Shown: positions 9,250 through 19,541 of the stretch, piece after piece
How positions within the stretch are numbered: the stretch's first letter is position 1
How the letters are laid out: every line of letters begins with the position of its first letter
Assembly: GCA_963762565.1 (NCBI GenBank)
Contig: CAVXLD010000012.1
Span: forward strand, 1 to 64,000
Reading direction: 5' to 3'
DNA: 64,000 bases
DNA from: an uncultured Verrucomicrobiae bacterium
Lineage (GTDB): Bacteria; Verrucomicrobiota; Verrucomicrobiia; Chthoniobacterales; JAFAMB01
The notes under the pieces: model-generated
Told to the model about the DNA's origin: nothing
The model's database searches: none
The model's input: the letters and a program-made list of their open reading frames with translations, nothing else
Translations under genes and position numbers: made by a program

Positions 9250-10545
9250 TCACGTCGCCAGCTTGGCAAAGGCCGGCAGGACCTGGGGCCGGCGCGCAAT
9301 GCACAGGACCAACATGCTTGCACAGACGCACAACGCCCCACTGGTCACAAAGGCCATATCATACGTGCCAAAGGCAGTACGCGACCATCCGGTCGCTAGA
9401 GCCGTGGATGCCGCACCCAGCTGATGAGCAGTCGCGATCCACCCGAAAACGATCGGCGCTCGTTCCCGGCCAAAGGCTACCGTCGCAATTCGAATCGTCG
9501 GTGGAACGGTTGCAATCCAATCTAGCCCATAGAACACGGCGAATAGGGGAAGACCAAACAGACCCAACCCAAAGGCAAACGGCAAGAACAACAACGATAA
9601 ACCACGGAGACCGTAGTACCAAAACAGCAGCCAGCGCGAATCGCAGCGATCCGAGAGCCAACCCGACATAGTTGTTCCGCACAAATCAAAAAGACCCATG
9701 AGTGCGAGCAACCCTGCGGCCCGGGTCTCCGGAATCCCGCGATCGCCACAGGCGGGCACTAAATGCGCGCCGATCAGTCCGTTCGTGCTGGCGCCACAGA
9801 TAAAGAAAGAGCCTGCTAACAACCAGAACGTCCGGGACCGCGATGCATCACCTAACGCGGCGAAGGCTTCACTCAAGGGATTCCGCTTGTGCGTGGGTGC
9901 CGGTTCGATGGCCGTGCCACCCCAGGGAGGAATGCCCACGTCCACGGGACGTTCCCGCATTAGCAAAAAGAAAACCAAGATGAGTGTTAACGTCAGGCCG
10001 CACAGGATGTATGCGCAGATGCGCCATCCTTGGTGCTCGATGAGCGCGCCGAACATGGGCAAAAAAACGAGCTGACCAGTGGCATTACCGGCCGTGAATA
10101 TCCCGATCACGGTGCCGCGACTTTTCAAAAACCAGCGATTAGCCACTGTCGCACCAAGCGTTAAAGCGATCGAACCAGCGCCGATCCCGACGAACGTGGC
10201 ACAGATTAGTAATTGCCAGATCGCCGTCACGCGAGTCACTGCGAGAGACGTACAGGTTAGCAGCGCCAGCGCACCAGCGATGGTTTTGCGGACCCCGTAC
10301 CGTTCCATGGCTGCGGCCGCGAATGGTCCGGTAAGACCGAAAAGCCCGATTTGCAGGGCCTGCGCCATCGAGATCTGACCCGCCGACCACCCGAATTCAG
10401 ATTCAAACGGGCGTACAAACATGGTTAGCGATGATAACACTCCGGCGGAAGAGACCAGCGTGATGAAAGTTGTTCCGACCGCCAAAAAAGGATAATTGCG
10501 GCGGTTTAGTAGATTGCCCTGGCCCTTGCTGATATTCGCTGTCAT
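9250..10545 (-). CDS. MFS transporter
   Basis: About 12 hydrophobic segments, AMERYGVRKT and GWLSDR motif-A-like loops, FYGLDWIATVPPT. Confidence 0.92.
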   Translation of the reverse strand: MTANISKGQGNLLNRRNYPFLAVGTTFITLVSSAGVLSSLTMFVRPFESEFGWSAGQISMAQALQIGLFGLTGPFAAAAMERYGVRKTIAGALALLTCTSLAVTRVTAIWQLLICATFVGIGAGSIALTLGATVANRWFLKSRGTVIGIFTAGNATGQLVFLPMFGALIEHQGWRICAYILCGLTLTLILVFFLLMRERPVDVGIPPWGGTAIEPAPTHKRNPLSEAFAALGDASRSRTFWLLAGSFFICGASTNGLIGAHLVPACGDRGIPETRAAGLLALMGLFDLCGTTMSGWLSDRCDSRWLLFWYYGLRGLSLLFLPFAFGLGLFGLPLFAVFYGLDWIATVPPTIRIATVAFGRERAPIVFGWIATAHQLGAASTALATGWSRTAFGTYDMAFVTSGALCVCASMLVLCIARRPQVLPAFAKLAT

Positions 10546-10576
10546 TGGAAATGAGACCCAAGCCCTCTAATTATAA

Positions 10577-10588
10577 GTGTAATTACAC
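10577..10588. promoter_or_regulatory. Putative MarR operator
   Basis: Perfect palindrome GTGTAATTACAC 32 bp upstream of the MFS gene, which is followed by the MarR gene. Confidence 0.5.
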
Positions 10589-10989
10589 CCATCTAACTTG
10601 CTCGACTGATGATCGCAAGCAGAAATTCGCCGGAATCCTGAACGCACCATAGCGCCCGCATCCGAGACCGAGTCTCGACCCGAACCCGGCTCCGCTTGCC
10701 AGGCGAAGGGGCGCACCACCCGTGGAGCGCTGCCTCGCTTGCGAGGCCGATGGTAACCAAGGAAGGGCGTATCCGCATCCCCATCGTCTACCTGCGCTCT
10801 ATGGCGTGGCCTGCTTTTGATTCAAGCCCAGCGGAATCATCCGCGACTTGACAAGGCATTATCTCCCTGTACTCCGCTTCTGCTCTTTGACCCACCCATT
10901 TGCGGGCGTTCAATTTGGTGCGAGAGTTTTGCTATCATCGAAAGGAGTCAGTCGCGATATGAATATCAGCGCGGAAGAACTCCGGATGC

Positions 10990-11573
10990 ATGAATGCACG
11001 GAGTCAGAAACTGGGCTTCTTGGCGGTTGCACTGGGCGCACTCACGTTTGCAGCCGTAAATTGTAACGGGTTAGCAGCCACTCAGGACGCAACAGCGCCA
11101 ATCTGGCCAACGAAAGGTTGGCAAACGTCTACCCCCGAGGACCAGGGCATGGATTCGGCAGATCTAGCTGGACTAGTCGACTTTGGAACACACACAGTCT
11201 CGACAGCCTTTTGATAACGCGGCACGGAAGAATCGTCACCGAAGCCTACTACGCACCCTACGAAGCGGGTATTCCTCATGCGGTGAACTCCGTTACCAAG
11301 GCAGTGATTAGTACGTTGACAGCGATCACCTGGAAAGATGGCTTGCTCGATAGTCCCGATCACAGGGTGGTGGATTTTTTTGATCCTAAAAACATTGATA
11401 ATCTCGATGATAGGAAAGCGGCAATTACGGTTCAGAACCTATTGGACATGACGTCGGGCTTCGACTGGACAGAGCCGCTTAACGCTTATCCCATCTCGAT
11501 GTTGGCAATGGAACGCAGCCCTGACTGGGTAAAATACGTTCTTGATAAGCCGATGCCGAATGCCCCCGGTTAA
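10990..11573 (+). pseudogene. Serine hydrolase (beta-lactamase-like), frameshifted and 3'-truncated
   Basis: WPTKGWQTSTPEDQGMDS, frameshift near 11190, then HAVNSVTKA (SxxK) and ITVQNLLDMTSG. Stops at NAPG* where a REP begins. Confidence 0.8.
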
Positions 11574-11766
11574 AACCCCAGGCTGAGTCGTATAGTCCCT
11601 TCGGGACAAAGAGCATGACCGCTGTCCACAAAAACGATAGCACATCACCGTACACGCGCAGATTCGAGGAGGAGGGCGACAAGGAGAACGATTACGAAGC
11701 CCACACCCCAAGGCACGTCCTTCTAGCTCCTAGATTCTAGCTCCTAGCTCCTTTACGCTTTAATTC

Positions 11767-12381
11767 ATGGATCCGGAAGCTCTTGGTCGCGAATACGATA
11801 AGATAGCCGCTCACTGGCAAGAGCCTTTTCTACAAACTAACGGCCTCACCCAGTTCGAAAAAGCAATCCACTTCACGAAAAATCGTGGTCCGGCCTTAGA
11901 CATCGGCTGTGGCTGCAGCCGCCGATTCATTGATTTGCTACAGAAACATGGGTTCGCGCCGGAAGGATTGGATGTGTCGGAAAAGATGATCGCGTTAGCA
12001 AGAGAACAGCATCCCCAGATTCCCTTCTACCACACTGACATCTCGAAATGGAGCTTCCCGAAGAAATACAATTTCATCTCGGCGTGGGACAGCACGTGGC
12101 ATCTGCCTTTGCATCTCCAGGAACCGGTTCTGCAAAAGACTTGTGACGGTCTTGCCGACGATGGAGTCTTTATCTTCACGACCGGCGGGTTAGATGAACC
12201 TCACGAGAAATCCGATTCGTCCATGGGCATCGAGGTAGGTTACGGCGTCTTAGGTATTCCAAAGACTTTGGAGTTACTCGATCGCTTCGGCTGCGTGTGC
12301 CGCCATCTTGAGTACGATCAATACCCCGAACGCCACCTTTACATCATTGCGCAAAAACGACCCGCTTTAAACAGGAGCTAA
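11767..12381 (+). CDS. Class I SAM-dependent methyltransferase
   Basis: ALDIGCGCS and GLDVSEKMIALA motifs. Confidence 0.88.
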   Translation: MDPEALGREYDKIAAHWQEPFLQTNGLTQFEKAIHFTKNRGPALDIGCGCSRRFIDLLQKHGFAPEGLDVSEKMIALAREQHPQIPFYHTDISKWSFPKKYNFISAWDSTWHLPLHLQEPVLQKTCDGLADDGVFIFTTGGLDEPHEKSDSSMGIEVGYGVLGIPKTLELLDRFGCVCRHLEYDQYPERHLYIIAQKRPALNRS

Positions 12382-12522
12382 GCGAGAAAACACAGATCTC
12401 CGTTGCCCCTGTTCAAAATCCGTCCTTGTGCTAACTCTTTGCGTCTTGGCATCTTTGCGTGAGACTTTTGTGTCTCTGGTTGCGGCTCTGCCGCTTCGTG
12501 TTCGTTCGTCTCTAGCGTCCCC

Positions 12523-12987
12523 ATGAATATCCATAGACTGAATTGTGCTCAACTCGAAGTAGCGACTGCCGTAGTCGAAGTACAAAAGGCCGCCTATAGC
12601 GTTGAGGCTGTTATTATTGGACATTCAGACCTACCGCCCCTGCGTGAAACCGTTCAAGATATCAAAAACTCTGCTGAAGAGTTCTACGGCTACTATCACG
12701 AAGAACTGCTAGCCGGCGTAATATCGCTAGACTCTCAGCCAAATGAAGTGCTGGTTAGCAGGTTAGTTGTACACCCAGATTCGTTCCGCCGCGGGATCGC
12801 CTCGGCGCTTCTACGTCACGCCGAGATGCAAGCCCGGACTACAAAGGCGTCCATCCTAAAAGTAAACGCAGCCGCTCGCAATTTGCCCGCGCTGGCCCTT
12901 TACCGAAAACTCAGATTTCAAAGCGACCACGAGTATACCACCCCCGACGGTGTGAACATGATAGAACTCAGAAAGACGATTTACTGA
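12523..12987 (+). CDS. GNAT family N-acetyltransferase
   Basis: LVVHPDSFRRGIASALL and NLPALALYRKLRF motifs. Confidence 0.88.
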   Translation: MNIHRLNCAQLEVATAVVEVQKAAYSVEAVIIGHSDLPPLRETVQDIKNSAEEFYGYYHEELLAGVISLDSQPNEVLVSRLVVHPDSFRRGIASALLRHAEMQARTTKASILKVNAAARNLPALALYRKLRFQSDHEYTTPDGVNMIELRKTIY

Positions 12988-13255
12988 TACTACGGTTACC
13001 TGCCCCAGATTGTCACGCTTTCCAACCACAAATGGTCGAATGATTACTAATTTTAAGCAGAAGCTAAGGGAGGAAACACAGATCTCTGTTTCCTCTGTTA
13101 CCTCCTGTTAAAGTCCGTCTTTTGTTCGGACTGTATTAGCGTCTATTTCGTGGCCAGTCGCGCCGTAGGCCTTGCGGAGGCGGATCCATTCGCTACTTGC
13201 CGCACAGTAGGCTTGGCGAACGCGGAGTCCCTTTTTGCGGCTATTCCTGTCTTGG

Positions 13256-14941
13256 CTATTGGCTATCGGCTATTTCTTTCACCGCCCCGTCGCTCCCCTT
13301 TTGCGCGACTAACCTCACTGGCTCTTTCTGCTTGTACGAAAGGAGTTCCTTATTGACGCCAAGATACATCCTGACTTCCGTCGGATTTGGACCCACATGC
13401 AGGGATTCGGCTTGCACAATCACCTCACGATCGGCCTTCGTCATCCGGTCTTGTTGCAACAGATATTGAGTCCAAGATGGAACCATTACTTCCATACGAA
13501 ATGTGTTGTGTCGGGTTGGATCTTCGAACAACTGCCAGCTAAAGGCCCCGTTTCTCAAATAAACCAACCTGACTTCCCGCATCAATTCGACAAACTTGGC
13601 GCCCCCGGTGCGGTCGAGTTCGAACTCTTGTGTGACCAAAACCGGCCCATCTTTCGGGTCGGGTCGATACAACATTTTGTAGCCAACGTTCATTACCGTC
13701 GCTGGCACAGCATTGAGATCGGCGGTCATCGTGAAATCGATGGACCATGGGTTACCCAGCAAAGTCATTAGGGTGAGCACAAACAGTATGGCGATAGCCT
13801 GTCCTAACAGCGCTGATTGTACCCCAACCGTCGCGGCGATCGTACCCCAAAGGATCCCACCTAGGGCCATGGCGCCCTGTGATACCATGATCACGGTCGC
13901 GTTCATGCGGCCTCTCGCCCATCCAGGCATCGCCCGTTGAGCGGCTACCCAAAGTTCGGCTGCGGACACCGTCCAAGCGATCCCCGCTAGAGCGGCCACC
14001 AAGAGAAATACAGGTTCTTCCCTGATGAACGCCATCAGAACCGAAACAGTAGATCCAACCACCGCGGCCAATCGGGTCAAAGTATTCGGTGAAAAACGGG
14101 CGCGCGCCCATGGTAGAATGATGACCGCAGCGACGACCGACCCGAGACCCATACTGGTATACAGCAACCCGAGATTTGACGGGCTTAGATGCAGCTTTTT
14201 TAAGCCAACCACGGGCAGCAACGCAGGGATGACCGCAATGAAAAAGGAAAATATAGCGTTACGGATTAAAACAATTCGTACCTTCCTCGAGTAGCGAACA
14301 TAGCGGATCGCGCTGGTCATGGATTCGAAGAAGTTTTCCAGCGGAAGTTTCGAAACGACCGGTTTCCACGGCGCAATCGCGAAAACCACCAGCAGAGCAC
14401 AAAGGCCGTTCATCAGGAAAACGGTATTGGGTCCGACAAAAAGCAAAAGCACTCCACCCAAGGCTGGACCTGCGATTGCCGAGATGTTCAACTGGAGGCC
14501 GCTCAAAACCGACGCGGAAGGAAGTTCTTCGTTGGAGACAATCTCTGGTACCGCGGCGGAAAAGGCTGGAGCGTTGACCGCAAATCCCATCCCAATCAGA
14601 AATACCGCGGCGAGGATGACGTAAGGCTGCAGGAGATGAAACCAACCTAAGATGGCAAGGGCGCAGGCACACACCGCCAGCCAAATGTATGCCGCGGAGA
14701 GCACCTTCTTGCGTTCAACAGTGTCAGCCAGGGCGCCTGCCGGCAGGATAAAGACGAAAAAGGGGAGAGTAGCTGCCGTCGATATCAGGGAGAGAAGCAA
14801 ACTTGACCGGCTGATGCTATTCATCACCCAGGTCGCAGCCATATCGTGCGCAGATACAAAAGTGCCGGAAACAACCGTGGCCACCCAGAGCCTGCGAAAG
14901 GTTGGATTCTGTAAGGCTCGCCAACTCGAGGTTTCAGTCAT
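13256..14941 (-). CDS. MFS_3 (DUF894-type) transporter with C-terminal soluble domain
   Basis: WRALQNPTFRRLW, LPAGALADTVERKK, WARGRMNA and RNGAFSWQLFED motifs. Start trimmed to MTETSS. Confidence 0.88.
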   Translation of the reverse strand: MTETSSWRALQNPTFRRLWVATVVSGTFVSAHDMAATWVMNSISRSSLLLSLISTAATLPFFVFILPAGALADTVERKKVLSAAYIWLAVCACALAILGWFHLLQPYVILAAVFLIGMGFAVNAPAFSAAVPEIVSNEELPSASVLSGLQLNISAIAGPALGGVLLLFVGPNTVFLMNGLCALLVVFAIAPWKPVVSKLPLENFFESMTSAIRYVRYSRKVRIVLIRNAIFSFFIAVIPALLPVVGLKKLHLSPSNLGLLYTSMGLGSVVAAVIILPWARARFSPNTLTRLAAVVGSTVSVLMAFIREEPVFLLVAALAGIAWTVSAAELWVAAQRAMPGWARGRMNATVIMVSQGAMALGGILWGTIAATVGVQSALLGQAIAILFVLTLMTLLGNPWSIDFTMTADLNAVPATVMNVGYKMLYRPDPKDGPVLVTQEFELDRTGGAKFVELMREVRLVYLRNGAFSWQLFEDPTRHNTFRMEVMVPSWTQYLLQQDRMTKADREVIVQAESLHVGPNPTEVRMYLGVNKELLSYKQKEPVRLVAQKGSDGAVKEIADSQ

Positions 14942-15124
14942 TGTAACCGAGATAATTACTTCCTCCAAAATACACCAACTCGATGCCGCGGCTATCTCCG
15001 CAGAAATCGCATTATTCGATGGCAATGATCGAACACCGCTATTGATCGGAGGGTGCGACGCAATCCAATATTCCAGAACTCCCGCCCGCACACGGAGATT
15101 GGCTATCGGCTATTGGCTATTCCC

Positions 15125-15853
15125 CTAGGGCCTGACCCCGACCTCATCCAAGTGAGCCAATAAATCGGCGGGATCTTGATATACCCGATACGCGCCGGCC
15201 CTTTCTAACTCGTCCGCTCCGTATCCACCCGATAAAAGCCCGACGCCAAGAGCCCTAGCTCGTCTGGCGGCCAGCATATCCCAAACGCTGTCGCCAACGA
15301 CTATCGAGTTCGTGATCGGCGCCCCAAGTTGCGCTGCTGCTTCCAGAAAAAGATGTGGATCCGGTTTGGCGTAACGAACCAGATCCCGGGTCACAACCGG
15401 AGTACCGGGCGCCAAGTCGAGCATTTCCAGATTAGGTCCAGCCGTCTCCAGCCGGCCGCTGGTCGCAATCGCGTGGGGCACTTTCAACGTGGCTAGGTGA
15501 CGCAGCAACTCGCGGGCGCCGGGTAGCGGCTGAATCGTTTTACTTTGACGATTGTACGCTTCCGTATGCAACCGGCGTAATTCATCCGCTTTTTCGGAAT
15601 CAATCTTTCCTCCGGTCTCGCGCAGAAGCGCATTGATGAACAAGCCGCCGCTCATCCCGATGCGGCGATGGATTCGCCAGACCGATAACTCAATTCCCGC
15701 TTTCTCTAATGCTTCGCGCCACGCCAGAACGTGCTGATACACGCTATCTATCAACGTGCCGTCCAGATCGAACAGGAAAGCCGGGATCAGTGGTTCGTTA
15801 GCGTAATCCACCGGTTTTCCTGTACTAGTTAATTCCGTTGGGCCCGGTTCCAT
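15125..15853 (-). CDS. HAD family hydrolase
   Basis: LFDLDGTLIDS, ATSG, KPDP and VGDSVWD motifs. Confidence 0.92.
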   Translation of the reverse strand: MEPGPTELTSTGKPVDYANEPLIPAFLFDLDGTLIDSVYQHVLAWREALEKAGIELSVWRIHRRIGMSGGLFINALLRETGGKIDSEKADELRRLHTEAYNRQSKTIQPLPGARELLRHLATLKVPHAIATSGRLETAGPNLEMLDLAPGTPVVTRDLVRYAKPDPHLFLEAAAQLGAPITNSIVVGDSVWDMLAARRARALGVGLLSGGYGADELERAGAYRVYQDPADLLAHLDEVGVRP

Positions 15854-15939
15854 ACAGTTGGCAACGGTAGCTCTCGCGCTTTTCGGTGCAACTCACAGGC
15901 GCTTGCGCGGGAAATTAATCCAAGCAATCCTGATCGCGG

Positions 15940-16425
15940 GTGGCCCAATACCAATTCAACGTCGAATATACTGAACCCATGGTCCGGGATGCGGTGCGCA
16001 CCTTCCTCTGGCGCCGGTTAAAGCGGAGGTGGACACTGTGGGTTGGAATGCTGCTGCTGGTAGCGTCAATGGTAATGCTATTGCTCACCGGAGACAGATC
16101 CTGGTTCCTCGGCCTGGTCGCGGCTACCCCCGGCTTTTTTGTTCTGATGCTTTGGATGCTCTACCGCGCTCATTTAACCAACTCACTCGGAAAACTGCGA
16201 CAGATGGGGGTGCCAAAAGCAGAATTTAAACTCGAGAACGACTCCCTCACCATTACTAGCGGATCAGGTGCAGCGACCTTGCCGTGGTCCACGATTCAAG
16301 AAATTCTCGTTGCGCCGCAATTTTGGGCGCTGTGCACCGCGACCAACCAGTTTTTGACTCTACCGACTGTGAGCGTTCCGCCAGAGGCGCTCGAATTTAT
16401 TCGTTCGAAAGTCCGGTCACGATAG
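15940..16425 (+). CDS. YcxB-like membrane protein
   Basis: Two transmembrane helices followed by a LTITSGSGAATLPWSTI-type C-terminal domain. Confidence 0.7.
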   Translation: MAQYQFNVEYTEPMVRDAVRTFLWRRLKRRWTLWVGMLLLVASMVMLLLTGDRSWFLGLVAATPGFFVLMLWMLYRAHLTNSLGKLRQMGVPKAEFKLENDSLTITSGSGAATLPWSTIQEILVAPQFWALCTATNQFLTLPTVSVPPEALEFIRSKVRSR

Positions 16426-16500
16426 AAATGCCGTGGACCGGTGCGATTCAGGGAGGGCGCGCGTCCTCGCGCGCCGCGAAGAGTTTAGGATTTGAATGAT

Positions 16501-16743
16501 TCAGTTCTTAATCGCTTCTTCGCCTTTTGCCGTAATTTTACCCAGGCCTTCGATGGTTTCCGCGGTGGCGTAAAGCTCTCCATGAACCAGTTCACCTCCG
16601 TCTAAGGTACCCCAGGCCCGGGCAAACTCTGTCGAGGTGACACCACCACATTCTCTCCAGATTATGTTGAGGTTGATGTTGGTTTCCTGAACCTTTTTCG
16701 CCTTTGCAAGCCGGTCCAGGATCTGGCGTTCCAAGGGGTCCAT
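16501..16743 (-). CDS. Small hypothetical protein, possible winged helix
   Basis: 80 aa ATG-initiated ORF ending KITAKGEEAIKN, wedged between repeats. Confidence 0.55.
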   Translation of the reverse strand: MDPLERQILDRLAKAKKVQETNINLNIIWRECGGVTSTEFARAWGTLDGGELVHGELYATAETIEGLGKITAKGEEAIKN

Positions 16744-17004
16744 TCATCAACATACTCGGTCACGAGGCCTCACACGAACGCAAAACCTCAACCACCGATG
16801 CACGCAGATTTACGCAGATAGGAGAGGCTCACACGAAAGCATAAAGGAAACCCAAATCTCCGTAATCTGGGGATAACGGTTCTTTCGTGGTCTTTGTGCC
16901 TCTGGCCGACCTAGCTAAGGGGACTATGGGAAGAAGCCTGCTTTTTGTGGCTATTGAACCTTTGTGCCATCGTGCCTTTGTGTGAACCTGTTTTTGATCC
17001 GCGT

Positions 17005-17931
17005 TCATCTGCGGTTTGCTTCTTCCTCGGATTTTGGGCTAAAAGCCTCTTTGAACGCCAATGAGGAAGCGATCAACTTCTTCACGTTCTCCGGCGTCTC
17101 GCCTTTCCTGTAGAGCAAACCAACATCCATGAAAGAGGGTTTCGAAGCAAAAGGCACAAAGTGGATACGGTTTCCCGCTATAGCACTTATAAATTCGGCA
17201 ACGACGGCCGGCGCAGTGCCAGATTCAACAGCCGCAATAAGGCTCAGTACGCCGTCGCATTCTTGGGTAATGATGACGCGGGCCTTGCTAACTCCTAGGA
17301 CACCGGCAACCCACTGGTGATATTCAGGAAATTCTGAAGCCCGATAACCGATCAGATTGTCTGTTGGAACGGATGACGGACGAATGGCATCGAATCGAGC
17401 CAAGGGACAAGACTTGGCGCAGACAATCCCCACCGAGTAACGATGGAGAGATTCGAACTCAACTCCCCGCATTTCTCCCGCTCTCGGCCGCAGCGTTAAA
17501 CCGGCATGCAGTTTCTTTGCTTTGATGCCCGCCAAGATCTCGCTCAGCGACAGATCGTGCAGCGTGACGGAGGAGCCAGGCGCCATTTCATGATATCGAC
17601 TAAGAATAAGGGAGATGATGGCCGCGGTCGGCGAAGGCGCATATCCTAGTTGTAGCTCCTCATAAACTTCTCCTTCCATTTGATGCGCCCGCGTTCGTAA
17701 TAGTTCCGCGTTGCGGACAAGTTCTCGCGCTCGAATTAAGAGGGCACGTCCGACTGCCGTAAGTTTTACCTCCTGGTGAGTGCGCTCAAATAGTTTGATA
17801 TCGAGCTCTTCCTCTAGATTCCGGATCTGGCGACTAAGCGGCGGCTGGGAGACGTTCAATCGCTCCGCCGCTCGTGAGAAGTTCAGTTCCTCAGCAACTG
17901 CAATGAAATAACGCAAGTGGCGCAGTTCCAT
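17005..17931 (-). CDS. LysR family transcriptional regulator
   Basis: MELRHLRYFIAVAEELNFSRAAERLNVSQPPLSRQI. Divergent from the oxidoreductase gene. Confidence 0.95.
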   Translation of the reverse strand: MELRHLRYFIAVAEELNFSRAAERLNVSQPPLSRQIRNLEEELDIKLFERTHQEVKLTAVGRALLIRARELVRNAELLRTRAHQMEGEVYEELQLGYAPSPTAAIISLILSRYHEMAPGSSVTLHDLSLSEILAGIKAKKLHAGLTLRPRAGEMRGVEFESLHRYSVGIVCAKSCPLARFDAIRPSSVPTDNLIGYRASEFPEYHQWVAGVLGVSKARVIITQECDGVLSLIAAVESGTAPAVVAEFISAIAGNRIHFVPFASKPSFMDVGLLYRKGETPENVKKLIASSLAFKEAFSPKSEEEANRR

Positions 17932-17957
17932 CGGGGGTTCGGCTCCCGAACATCGTA

Positions 17958-17972
17958 ATACCTTTGAGGAAT
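17958..17972. promoter_or_regulatory. Putative LysR binding site
   Basis: ATAC-N7-GAAT, resembling the BenM/CatM ATAC-N7-GTAT box, in the divergent promoter region. Confidence 0.45.
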
Positions 17973-18102
17973 GACGTCAGGTCTAAAAGAGTATTTCCGC
18001 TAAAGAAGCGATCGCTCCATGATCCTTGCGCAGCCCCATCTCGATAGCACTAACCGTAAATTGGCTAGATCCAACGAAGCTGAGAAGAGAGAGTAATAGA
18101 TT

Positions 18103-19011
18103 ATGAAAGCAATTGTTATCCATGCCTACGGCGGTCCCGAGGTCCTGAAGTATGAAGATTGTCCGGATCCGGTTGCAGGCCCGGGCGAAGTGCTGGTGAA
18201 GGTAGCTGCATCCAGCGTCAATCCTTTCGATTTCAAGGTGCGCTCGGGTGCTATGAAGAGTTTTATTCCCCTGACTTTCCCAGCCATTCTCGGGATAGAT
18301 GTCTCGGGTACGGTCGAGGCCGTAGGTCCGGGAGTAACAACGTTTGCGCCGGGCGACAAGGTGTTTGCCCTTGCATCTCAAGCCTACGCTGAGCGCTGCA
18401 TCGTAAAAGCCGCGGTTTTAGTGAAGATCCCGACCGGAGCAAACCTGGTAGAATTGGCGGCTCTCCCGACGGTGACCACAACCGGCGGACAGTTAGCTTC
18501 TCTGGCTCTCGGCGGACGATCAGGTGCCACTGTGCTGGTGACCGGTGCGGTTGGGAATGTAGGTCGGTCTGCGGTTTATACCGCGAAGAGTCACGGGGCA
18601 AAAGTCGTCGCCGGCGTTCTGAAACGACAGTTTACCAAAGCCCAGCTCATCGGAGCGGACCAGATCGTCGCCTTAGACGATGCTGAAGCAGTGGAAGCAT
18701 TGGAACCACTCGACGCAGTCGCCGACACGGTGGGCGGTCAAACCGCCGACGCGTTGATCAAGAAGGTTAAATCGGGCGGCACCTTCGCTTCGGTTTTGGG
18801 ACCGCCCAGCACTGCGGCAAACTTTCCGAGAGTGCAGGTCAAGCCAATGGCGGTTAGTCCGGATCCTGCTCTTCTTCTTGAAATGGCCGAGGCAGTGCAA
18901 AAGGGAGCATTCTCAATTCCTTTGGGCCAAAAATTTGCTTTGCCGGATGCCGGCAAAGCGCATGCTGCCGCGGAGAAAGGTAGCGCCGGAAAGATCCTTC
19001 TGTTGGCGTAA
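18103..19011 (+). CDS. NADP-dependent oxidoreductase (MDR/quinone reductase-like)
   Basis: MKAIVIHAYGGPEVL, ASSVNPFD, VLVTGAVGNVG and GKILL motifs. Confidence 0.92.
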   Translation: MKAIVIHAYGGPEVLKYEDCPDPVAGPGEVLVKVAASSVNPFDFKVRSGAMKSFIPLTFPAILGIDVSGTVEAVGPGVTTFAPGDKVFALASQAYAERCIVKAAVLVKIPTGANLVELAALPTVTTTGGQLASLALGGRSGATVLVTGAVGNVGRSAVYTAKSHGAKVVAGVLKRQFTKAQLIGADQIVALDDAEAVEALEPLDAVADTVGGQTADALIKKVKSGGTFASVLGPPSTAANFPRVQVKPMAVSPDPALLLEMAEAVQKGAFSIPLGQKFALPDAGKAHAAAEKGSAGKILLLA

Positions 19012-19069
19012 AGCGCTAACTTAAAACCTACGACCTACAACCTAGAACCTAAGACCTAAAACTTAACCA

Positions 19070-19458
19070 TTGAACCGAGACATCGTTAACGTCATTAAAG
19101 CTTACGAAAAGGCGCTCAATGCAAGTGACACTGCGGCCACCTTCAGCGTTTACGGAGAGGATCCTATTTTCATGCCGCAATATTCGGCGGCTCTCAGCGG
19201 CCGGGATGCGGTAAAAGCCGGTTACATCATGTTTTCAACACGCTGAAACTCAATGTTATTTTCACGGTTCATGAGGTGGTTGAAATGGGCGATTTGGCTT
19301 ACGTCCGAACGACGTCAGCGGGAAGCACCGAAATTCTCGCCAAGAAAGCGACGGTAAAAGAAGGTAACAACGAGCTGTTCATTTTTCGAAAGGAACACGG
19401 GAACTGGAAAATCCATCGTTACCTGTTCGCCTCGACTAATCCTCCTGCAGCAATTTGA
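19070..19458 (+). CDS. SnoaL/NTF2-like (DUF4440) protein with one frameshift near 19226
   Basis: TTG start, IKAYEKALNASD...FMPQYS...GRDAVKAGY, then shifted HVFNTLKL...ELFIFRKEHGNWKIHRYLF. Confidence 0.75.
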
Positions 19459-19541
19459 AAGGGAGAAGAAAGTGATATGTGCTTCGGGTTTCGGGTTCCG
19501 AGGAAGGCTAGGAACCATGAAATGGTTTGAGAGAGCAGCCC

